In this document: piece after piece, positions 11,531 through 20,614 of the stretch
How the letters are laid out: each line of letters starts with the position of its first letter
Position numbering within the stretch: position 1 is the first letter of the stretch
Source of the DNA: Octopus bimaculoides
Taxonomy: Eukaryota
Reading direction: 5' to 3'
Length of the DNA stretch: 42,943 nucleotides
Assembly (NCBI RefSeq): GCF_001194135.2
Contig: NC_068982.1
Location: forward strand, 28,293,646-28,336,588
Program-made: the position numbers and the translations under genes
The notes under the pieces: generated by a model
The model's database searches: none
Told to the model about the DNA's origin: nothing
Seen by the model: only the letters and a program-made list of their open reading frames with translations

Positions 11531-13104
11531 ATGACTAACGAAAAAATGACGAGTTACGCGGCAGCAACGGGGAATCAGGCTCCTGTCATCCCGAGCATGC
11601 TGGAACAAAAGGAGATATGTTACGATTCAGAAATTTAAGAAATATAAAGATATGATAAAGAGAGAGGAGTCAATCGTAAAGTTGGCCCCATCAGAGGAAG
11701 ACAAGGAGAAAATAGAAAACAAAGTGATGGAGTACAGAATTTTCTCAAAGAAAAATTAGAGATTTGAGAACGCAACTAAAGAGGAGGTGGAAGAATGCCT
11801 AAAAGATTGAAAAGAAAATACGTTTTTCACAAGAGGAAAAGGATACGCTTTAGTGGCGGTCACATTTGTCTCAGAAGAGGTGGCAAAAAGATGCGCCGCT
11901 AAGGTAATAAGGGGAGAAAATGGATACTTCTGCCCAACTACCAGAGTAAACGAGCAACTAGGCTTAGGCTGGGTGGGATCTCACCGAGAATCGAACCAGA
12001 GAGGATATTAGCGCCAATCTTCACCGCAAATGAGGAAAAAGATAACGAAAAAGTGAAGGTAATTATGATAAACCAGGCCCAACAAATAAATTGCTGGTGG
12101 AATTGTTTAGAGAATTTTTTTTACGACGAGTCAGAAACAATACGAAACAATATCTGAAACATTGGAGCTGCTAAATGAAGACAAATTGGATGTAATGCTA
12201 GAGGGGAGGCCTCCAAAGTACTATGAGTGTGGTGAAAAAGGGCACATTAGAAGAAGGTGCCCCAGAATAGTGATGGAAAATGTAGAGGTAGAAACGCAAG
12301 AAAGCGTGATGGAGGTGGAGAGGCAGACCTAGGAAGTGGAACAGAAAACGGAATTTATGGAGGTCGAGTCGAGGAAGAGTTCACAGTCAAAAATGGAACA
12401 GAAGAAATAAAAAAGTACAGGAACAAATGAGCCAACCAACAGCAAGTAGAAGCAGTAGGCCCGTGTGATCACGGAGGAAAATTGGTACAAGTAGAACAAC
12501 ATCAAGCAAACATACAGGCTTGCGCTCACGCAAACACACGGGCTTGCACTCACGCAAACACACGGGCTTACAATCACGCAAACATACAGACTTGCAGACA
12601 ACACACAAACATACAGACACAAAGAAACTTAGAAAGACAGACGCATGAGAACACAGTCACAAAAACCAAAAAGAACAGACACACAGACACAAGAGGTACA
12701 CAGAAACATTTTTATAGCATATCGGACGACCCAAAAATTGGAAACGAGAATAATAGAAATGAAAGATTGTTAGAGCGAACCTCTCGATAAGGAGATGAGA
12801 TGTGTCCTGATGGAGAAAGTACAGAATGCTGAAGGAGGCTTTCCCATCGGATGTAGACCGATTGGGGCCCGAGGTGTTATCGATCCCGGCACTCCAGTGG
12901 TGAACTATGAGGACATTAAAAGCAACATAAATGGTAAGTGGAGATTAAGTTTAAAAACTTAGACTTGAAATAATTGAAATAACATGACCTTCTCGGAGTG
13001 GCCGTTCCATCTTCATTTGTAAATTCCATTTTTCCATATGTCAAGTGTCCTCGCATGTGTGTATTGTCCTGTCTATGTTTAGCTCCTTGTGGGTAATTAA
13101 AAAT
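11531..13104 (+). mobile_element. L1/Tx1-like non-LTR element remnant encoding only a decayed ORF1 (gag-like, zinc knuckle)
   Basis: ATG at 11531 (MTNEKMTSYAAA), FTRGKGYALVAVTFVSEEVAK, LLPNYQSKRATRLRLGGI, and V.LEGRPP followed by a degenerate CCHC knuckle (YYECGEKGHIRRRC, 12219-12260). ORF-like sequence runs to TAG at about 12962, then a short 3' region ending ccttgtgggtaattaaaaat. No EN/RT sequence seen. Confidence 0.7.
12507..12600 (+). repeat. 24-bp minisatellite, about 4 units (caaacacacgggcttgcactcacg), inside the ORF1 remnant
   Basis: Units start at 12507, 12531, 12555 and 12579 and encode QTHGLALT-like repeats in frame. Confidence 0.85.
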
Positions 13105-13751
13105 CAGCTCTCTGGCGGATACAAGAGTGCCAGGCGAAATGCTTTACAGTATTTAGTTACATCGTGGGTATGAATTCTCCTGGGACTGAACGTGCTTGTA
13201 AGCGCTCTAAATGTGAATGGTGATTAAATATTTATCACTTGTATTAGTTTCAATTCAATCGACTGTCTACCCATTCAAAATATCTGCAAAGGCCTTTATG
13301 TTTAAAGGAGAGATTTTGTAAAAATGTTTCGAGATGTAACTATCTCCTAAGTATGACAACTACACTTTAAAACAAACTAATAACGGATTTTCATTGACGT
13401 AGACAAACACAGACGATAGCATAAAGTTTTTCTTGGCAAGACGTAAAAATAATCTAATGCTTAATTTAAAGTAGGATGAAACCTACTTTTGGTTTACCAT
13501 TAAGTAGTCAGAGGAGTGATGCAGACATTCTGTTAGACGTTTCCAAATACAAATTCTCCGGGAAATTTGTTGCAACCCGTCTTGTATAGAAACACTAGTT
13601 CAGAACCGAGAAAATCATAACCTATCCTGTATTTTCTTTTGCAATGGTTTTGCTCAGATGTGTAGCATTCACTAACAGACAGGTTGAACTTCTGGTACAC
13701 ACTACTTCAGGATTTCGAAGGATATACCGAGCCAAAGTCCTGTATTTTTAG

Positions 13752-14349
13752 AGGAGATGAAACTGAATTAGCTATGTAAGTAAAGTGGCTTAATGTTAGA
13801 CTCGAAATCGAATCACAGTGATCGCGACTTCAGTCTTTTTTTTTTATTCTGTATTGCCTTTTGTAGATGTGGCAAACAGATCACGTGAGTTTCCATTTTA
13901 ACTCATCTAATCAGTTTTCTTGGTTAAAGCTGACAAAATAAATTTTTTTCCCCTATTGCAAACAAACATTCTTTAACTCAAACTTGAATATTCTCTTCTA
14001 CATTACATCTTTGAACAATGTAAATGTGTTTCAAACTCGAAAAATAAAATTTATTTTATAAATACAGATTTTGTGAAAATAATCTAAACCAACAAATATC
14101 CTCTGTATTTTACTTTATGCAAAGATATACAAAGTCTTTCATCCCTGAAATTAATTATTCAAAGGTGAATTCTACTTTAATTTATAAAAGGCGAAAAAGC
14201 GACTAACTAACGTATCTGGTCAAATTCATTTGAAATGGTTTTCAGCACAAATATTTCAAGTGTTTGAAATATCTGTACGTAAGTGTTGTGAACGAAGAGA
14301 TATTGTTTGAATTTTCGTTTTCTAGATATTGATAACCTTTAAAAATTGA
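13752..14349 (+). CDS. Candidate 3' exon chain of an unidentified plus-strand gene: join(13752-13775,13867-13884,14068-14164,14326-14349)
   Basis: Successive canonical sites: gtatttttag|, |gtaagt, ccttttgtag|, |gtgagt, atacag|, |gtgaat, gttttctag|. The phases fit and give xGDETELAICGKQITFCENNLNQQISSVFYFMQRYTKSFIPEINYSKILITFKN*. No homology recognised and upstream exons not resolved. Confidence 0.35.
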
Positions 14350-14756
14350 TAGAAGGAACTAGAAGCAAGCTGAGATTTGATGTTTTTAACTATAGAATGT
14401 TGTTACATGTATGATTAAATGACCTGTGTTTGTGTATGTATGTGTGTGTACACCTATGCATATATATACGTATGAAGACGCAGTTAAAGCTTGAAATTAT
14501 TCATGATGAAAATCAACCTTTGCCAAAAGGATTTGGAGATTTTCTACATAACCTATATTTTCCCGTTAATCTCTGCAACGGATAGAACTTTACTTCGTGA
14601 TACGTAAACCTTGATCAAAGTGTAGTTTCACTGATAGACCGGCAGCTAATAGCAAAATTTAACACTCCAAGCCAATTGTGCAACAGTCTTGTAAAACAAC
14701 TCAAAACAGCTTTCCTCAGAAAACTAGTTTAGTATATAGTGTTGGTAGCATTGTAA

Positions 14757-14788
14757 CTACCAGGCTGGTATGAAAACTCGGTATTTTT
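14757..14788 (-). CDS. CCNO: Cyclin O-like gene, terminal coding exon (KKYRVFIPAW*)
   Basis: Acceptor ttttctttctttag|AA, phase 1 matching exon 5. It restores the cyclin C-terminal TIKKY motif; TAG at 14759-14757. Confidence 0.75.
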
Positions 14789-15130
14789 CTAAAGAAAGAA
14801 AACCAACTAAGACACTTATGTAAACAAAACATTTATAACATTTTATATCTATATAAATATGGTCTATGACAATACTTTCAAGTAGAATGTAGATATATAA
14901 AAATACAGTGATTTCTGCTGTTTGTTTAGTTAAGAAAAAACATTTTTTATTCTCTACAATATATTTCAAAAAGTAGATGAAATGGTAAACTAAAAGTCTA
15001 AGTTTCAGAAAAATAAATATCAACTGACGTACCTAATAGATATTTTCTATGAACTGTTTTTTTTTAAGAACAAATTCAAACTAACAAACTTATGTATATT
15101 TGTTTATCAGTTAAGATTTATACCATTTAC

Positions 15131-15375
15131 TTATGGTATCTAAATCAGGATAACGCCGTCGAAGGTTCGAAATCAACCAGCTCACTTTATTGAAGCAGTC
15201 ATTAAAAGCAGATGAACTGTAATATTCATTTGGAACGAAGAATCCAGAAATTTCCTTCGAATTGGAAATGTTCTGTAGCCATAGGCATATGCTCAATAAT
15301 GATGGTTTTATCTGTGACAATTGGTAATCTTGGAGAGAAAGTTCTAGTACCAAGCGGCATGTAGCTAAGGAATTT
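15131..15375 (-). CDS. CCNO: Cyclin O-like gene, exon 5, C-terminal cyclin fold (NSLATCRLVLELSLQDYQLSQIKPSLLSICLW...DLDTI)
   Basis: Acceptor tttttcttttcag|A (phase 2, matches exon 4) and donor ATAA|GTAAAT (phase 1); 245 nt. ELSL.DY......PSLL.IC motif as in cyclin O. Confidence 0.9.
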
Positions 15376-15746
15376 CTGAAAAGAAAAACAAAAAGATAAA
15401 TAGACCAAATACTACCAGTGTATCTAAATTTTACTAAGTTCCCAATCAATGATTTAGATAGGCAATAGGTAGTTTAGGTTTTATGCGAGGCTGCATTGTC
15501 AAGTCTATAAATTAAACGGTACGAAAACGAATAAACTAAAAACAATATCGATAGTTTATTTTTCAAAGGTAATAGTTGATAAACGGTCTATTTAATGAGC
15601 GAATGGTTTAATGTAAACTAAATAACGTGGCTTCATTTTGTATTTTTGGTAACTATAATGTTCATTTAGATTATGTAGTTAAAAAAAAGGTACTGAAAAA
15701 AACTAAAGAACCCCCCTCCCACCAAAGAAAAAACTCTCCTACTTAC

Positions 15747-15952
15747 TTTAAAGCTTCTATACAACTCAAATCAGCATTCCGAATACAAACATCAGCATAA
15801 TATTCCAGAAAGTATAGTGAAGTTGGATGGGAAAGGTTAAAAGAAATAGCTTTCAAAATGAAGCGCTCAAATTTTTTCAATAAAATGCGATAATTTTTCT
15901 TCACATTTATTTCCTCAAGTAGTTCATCGATATCTGGCGGGATTACTTCTTC
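15747..15952 (-). CDS. CCNO: Cyclin O-like gene, exon 4 (EEVIPPDIDELL...KFERFILKAISFNLSHPTSLYFLEYY...IEAL)
   Basis: Acceptor ctacttttag|GAA and donor AA|GTAAGT; 206 nt, phase 0 in and 2 out. It completes the KYEE..PP motif and the E..IL..L.F.L..PT...FL motif. Not in the ORF track. Confidence 0.92.
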
Positions 15953-17057
15953 CTAAAAGTAGATAGATACAGACACACAATATATACACAACATGCACAG
16001 GTCAAATTTCTCGGTTTTGCTGCAACGATAACATTTGATATTTATTCAACAGCCGTTCTCAATTAGTCACCCTAACCTACTATTAAGGTTCAAAGATCTG
16101 CTGCTTTGAAAATTGAAGTTTCCTTAAAGAAACTACATTTATCTAAAATATTTTACTTCTTTAACTGTAAGAGTAAATCTAATATTAATCGTTATTGAAG
16201 CGTATCAATAAGCCATGCGTATCAACAATACCATCGAAAATACATAAATTCACAATGTAGTGAACAATTACTGGTTTCCTAATACCAATAAATTTAATTT
16301 TAATTCTGAAACACATGTCAACAGCTTAACTTACTATAGTATAGTGAGTTACATTTAGAATGCTATAAATTGTCTAAAATTGCAGTAATAAAATAACAGA
16401 TGTTTTGATTGCAGTATGAAGTCATTACGCATGTACTTGTTTTTAGAATGATAAAACATAAAAACAATTTTATACTGTTTATTCAATTTGTGTTGCGGTG
16501 TGAGAAATTACTGCACTTAACTAAAACCACAAAAACGAGTCAGATTGGAATGTTCTATCCCAGAACCCCTCTCCACAAGAAAATATATATAAAATGTGTA
16601 TCAGTTCATGAAATAAGCATAAATCAATGAATAACGCGTTTCATCTAAGAATATAATGCAAGATTACTTAGAATATACATTCACGATCTGGGGATAATAG
16701 TTTGCATGTTGTTGAATAATATACTATTTAATATGAAATATTTCGTTGAGAATACCAGATTAGTTGTGAACTTTTCAATGAAGGAGATCGGTGTAAGTGA
16801 AGCAGTTTCATCGTATTTAATTATCAGTTATACTTGATTATTTTCTGTTTAGGAATTTGTAACCGACTGTTTTCATTTCGCTAAAGACTAAAAAAAATAT
16901 CTGCCACAAATACTTTTAAATTGGTAGAAGCATTTGCTTAATCGAACAAAAGTTTGAAAAGTTCCATAATAACTTCTAGTGCTGAGCGAGACACGAGTGC
17001 CATGATATCGATCATCGTTACTACTCAAATCAACAAGTAGAAAAATAGAAGACTTAC

Positions 17058-17243
17058 GTATTTTGAAGCTATCAATAAAGATGCAAGTGCAAGCATCTGC
17101 AAACTTTCTGTATGAACGTCCACAAGAGAAAAAAAGCGGTCAATTATATTGACAGTTTTGAAAAGAGTCTCTTGACATAAATAGAGTCTGTGGTGAACAT
17201 CTGTGATCCATTTAACTAAAGCAAGGCGCAAAACTTCATTCAT
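17058..17243 (-). CDS. CCNO: Cyclin O-like gene, exon 3, cyclin box N-terminal part (MNEVLRLALVKWITDVHHRLYLCQETLFKTVNIIDRFF...LQMLALASLLIASKY)
   Basis: Acceptor cttttcccag|ATG and donor TAC|GTAAGT; 186 nt, phase 0-0. Canonical cyclin-box pattern (R..LV.W...VH....QETL...VN.IDRF...LQ....SLLIASK). Confidence 0.93.
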
Positions 17244-17930
17244 CTGGGAAAAGTAGAAATTTGACAAAAACTACGTAAAAATAATGACGCAGGTTTCAAC
17301 ATATTTCAAATGTTTATTTTATTATTTGAATGACACAAAGAAAACAAATATCGAGGGTTACTATCAATAGCAGAGTGCATTTTATATGTCTATCCATAAA
17401 GTATTAATGCAAAAAGTAGTTCTGACAAAAAAAAAAAAAAAAAAAAAGCCACCAAAAACACTAACAAATACTTGTAAACTTGATATCAATTTCATTTTGA
17501 AATGGCTGAGAGAAGGAAGACTGGTTATTATATCCACCTTTCAGGATCCCCGGGACTGATGTGAGGAAGGGACAAAGTTATTCTCGGACAGGAGGTCGAA
17601 TGAAGCTTGCAACAGTCTGTAGTCCGTTAAAAGAACTCCAAAAACTGATGATGATATAGAAAACGACGTCTCTCCCACCTATGAACAAGAACGAACATTC
17701 TGGCTGTCTCCCACAGTTCCCATCCAACAAGTTCTGCGGTAAAGGATTTTGGCGACCCGAACATATAATAGAAGATACTTGGTTGAAATGAAACTCGGTG
17801 AGATTGAAACCGAACCACATCATGCCAGTATCAATTTTAGTTTGAATTACAGCAGCTTCTTTAGCGACACTTCATATATCTCCGCACTAAAAGAGTATTG
17901 TACCGAGTAACAAACTTTTTTTAAATTTTA

Positions 17931-18357
17931 CTTGTTTCAGTCATTAAAATGCGGTCACGCCAGGGCACCACCTTGAAGACTTTTAGTCGAACGAATTGGC
18001 CCCAGTACTTTTTTGAAAGCCTGGTACTTCTATCGGTTTCTTNNNNNNNNNNNNNNNNNNNNNNNNNNNNNNNNNNNNNNNNNNNNNNNNNNNNNNNNNN
18101 NNNNNNNNNNNNNNNNNNNNNNNNNNNNNNNNNNNNNNNNNNNNNNNNNNNNNNNNNNNNNNNNNNNNNNNNNNNNNNNNNNNNNNNNNNNNNNNNNNNN
18201 NNNNNNNNNNNNNNNNNNNNNNNNNNNNNNNNNNNNNNNNNNNNNNNNNNNNNNNNNNNNNNNNNNNNNNNNNNNNNNNNNCAAAGTGCCACGCAGTATA
18301 CTTAACCCGGAACCCTGTGGTTGGGAGGCAAGTTTCTTACCACGCAGCTGAATCTGC
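17931..18357 (-). mobile_element. SINE family B copy with tRNA-like head, spanning an N-gap, in a CCNO intron
   Basis: Head (reverse complement) gctgcgtggtaagaaacttgcctcccaaccacagggttccgggttaag with A/B-box-like spacing at 18357-18300; tail gactaaaagtcttcaaggtggtgccctggcgtgaccgcatt...tgactgaaacaag at 17931-18000. Confidence 0.8.
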
Positions 18358-19088
18358 ACCTGTATCTGGAAAACTTTTTTCTTTTAATGTGAACCATCAG
18401 ATTGTAGACAATGTTCATACTTACGATCGTGAGTGCAATGCACTAAGCTACGCGCCTCTGTTGTAAAGTAAACATCGTTGCTATATGTGTATACAATCTC
18501 AACAGTGTTGGATCAATCGAAAGTGGTGGGGGAAAGGTGACTATCGCTAAGTTACAATATACCAGATATACAAAATTATTATGGATTACTGCAGAAGACT
18601 TACCAAGGAGGCATATACGGATTTCAAGATTCTCATACTAAAGTGTACTTACCAAAACCAAAAACAGTAACTTTTCTATATTTTAAACAAATGCCATTTT
18701 CTCATATTACTTCATATTTTTTAAAACTACCATTCAATAAATTATACAAACTTCACATTTTATATCTGATGAACAGAAGTATTGTCTATAAATATCTATC
18801 AATATAGGATTCCATTATAGAGACAATACTTTTGCGAAACGATTGTAAGATGCTTTAAATACTTAAATTTAAACTATTAAATTTTAAACTGTCATATTAT
18901 TATTATTATTTAATATTTTTACTTATATTTACATATATTTTTATATATATTTATATTTTTAATACAATAATTATTCAACTCATATATATATCTCTCTGAA
19001 GAATTTGATATTAATTTCCTGATATTTCATTGATAGGTTTATAAGTAACAACTATTGAAATACAGCGCTAGAGGTTAGAAGAAATTAC

Positions 19089-19463
19089 CTGAGTTTGATG
19101 TTGAAGGCAACGGGAAGGTAGATGAACTTCTTCAATTGATAGTTTGTAACAAAATGTATCATCTCTGTAGGCATCTATTTCACCGAGGTCAAAGTAAGTC
19201 TCTTGGGCCCACACACGCATCAGTCTTTTGGAATATGGAAGTGTTTTAGATGGCTCAGTCCGGGTTTGACGCACAGGTGTAAGACATGGCACAGGTCCTG
19301 AATAAACAGGTTTTGAAGCGAACTCTGAAATCAAGTTCACATGGAAAATGTGCAAGTTCTCACAATCAGGATGATGTCGGATTATTTTGCGATTTACATC
19401 AACTGAATAATTTTCTTTTGACTCACGATCGGTTGAAGGTGAGCGTGTGTTGCATTTTTTACT
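19089..19463 (-). CDS. CCNO: Cyclin O-like gene, exon 2 (375 nt, SKKCNTRS...DAYRDDTFCYKLSIEEVHLPSRCLQHQTQ)
   Basis: Acceptor ttttattctag|AGT and donor CAG|GTAATT; 125 open codons, phase 0-0. The C-terminal part matches the helix preceding the cyclin box. The ORF track shows only the part from 19355. Confidence 0.8.
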
Positions 19464-19951
19464 CTAGAATAAAAATATTCAAAGATTTAATTTAAATTGA
19501 TTGATTGTACTGCTTGTTAGATATAAGAATTAGATTTACGCGTTGTGTAGAATGTTTAAGTTATTAAAACGGTGATATTCTCTATACACAACATGGATTT
19601 CAAATAAAGTGCATCATATTTTTGTTAAGACCACGCTGAACTGGTTCGATCAGGAGTATTTATCCAAGTATCACTAAAAAAATTGTTCTTGAATAAACAA
19701 TAACAGTATTACTTTAGTTAAAAAAGCAAAATTATTCGGCATAGCTATTTTGGAAAATTAGCTAGTTAAAAGATTATCCTATTATAAATGAGTACAAACA
19801 GTTGAAGAAGTAAATCAGTGCGCCAGAAACAAATTTAGTCGCTTATCGCGAATTTGATACCAAACATTCTGAATTAAGGAAAAACATTTTGTATATATAT
19901 ATATTATCAAATTAAGCAGCTGTTTAGCAATGTATCACCAAAAAGTAAAAC

Positions 19952-20223
19952 TATAATTGTCATTAAATATGATACGGTGTTAGAACACCTACAGTGCTAG
20001 AAATAGCTCAAGTGCTCTGATGCCGCAGTCAACGCACACAATTGTAGACATACATACTGACAACGACCGAAAACGTCGATAGTGCAGGATTATCACGACT
20101 GTTATTTTCGGCCGTCAGTATGTATGCATGCAACTGTGTGCGTTGACTGCAGCATCAGAGCACTTTATCTCTTATTCTAGCAATGTAGGGGTTCTAACAC
20201 CTTCCTTCATATTTAATGACAAT

Positions 20224-20227
<4 letters not shown>
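19952..20227. mobile_element. 276-bp foldback MITE in the putative CCNO intron 1
   Basis: The left arm tataattgtcattaaatatg...gtgttagaac.cctaca.tgctagaa...aagtgctctgatgc.gcagtcaacgcacaca.ttg...catacatactgac is the near reverse complement of the right arm. TA at the termini, followed by (TA)n. Confidence 0.88.
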
Positions 20228-20255
<28 letters not shown>

Positions 20256-20596
20256 AACAGAAAGAGAGAAAAGTGGGGCATAATGAATAAAATTTACAGC
20301 ACTTTTAACTGAGAAATTTCTTCTTCCACAAATGTTCACTTTCTTACAAAAACTATATCAGCTAAGCAAATCACCTGTAAATACTTTAACACTATTTCAG
20401 AAAACTAACTCCGTTCTCAGCATATAAAAAGACAAATTTGAATGGGGCAAAATGAGTAAGACAAGATAAGGTAAATTTGCCTCTTCAGTTCTCCAAAATT
20501 ACATTTGAGAAAAGACACATACATATCAATATCCAGCGGAGGTAAAGAATACGCACACCACCCAAATTCCAAACACCGGGTGTGCGAATTCTTTAC

Positions 20597-20614
20597 TTTC
20601 GACTCAAAATCCAT
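20597..20614 (-). CDS. CCNO: Cyclin O-like gene, candidate coding exon 1 (MDFESK)
   Basis: ATG at 20614-20612 in good Kozak context (aagtATGG) with an in-frame TAA upstream. Phase-0 donor AAA|GTAAAG matches the phase-0 acceptor of the next exon. An alternative donor (GATAT|GTATGT, near 20526) is phase 2 and does not fit. Confidence 0.4.

Noticed and set aside
12507-12600. CRISPR-like array or other prokaryotic system
   Set aside because: The repeats are contiguous tandem units without unique spacers; the window is eukaryotic and has no cas or operon structure.
13658-13751. Extension of the plus-strand candidate exon upstream from gctcag|
   Set aside because: In-frame TAG at 13749-13751, which itself forms the acceptor; the other frames are closed.
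16745-16830. Minus-frame LTPISFIEKF resembling the cyclin PTPLTFL motif
   Set aside because: In-frame stop upstream and no usable acceptor; the true exon for this region is 15952-15747.
17645-17672. CTGATGA...GAAAACGACGTC as a hammerhead ribozyme
   Set aside because: No credible stem I or II, and GAAAA instead of GAAAC.
18282-18357. tRNA gene
   Set aside because: Only A/B-box-like SINE head sequence; no cloverleaf can be formed.
18778-18831. Imperfect AT-rich hairpin in a CCNO intron (agtattgtctata...tatagagacaatact) as a pre-miRNA
   Set aside because: Short, bulged and very AT-rich, with no known seed; compatible with chance.
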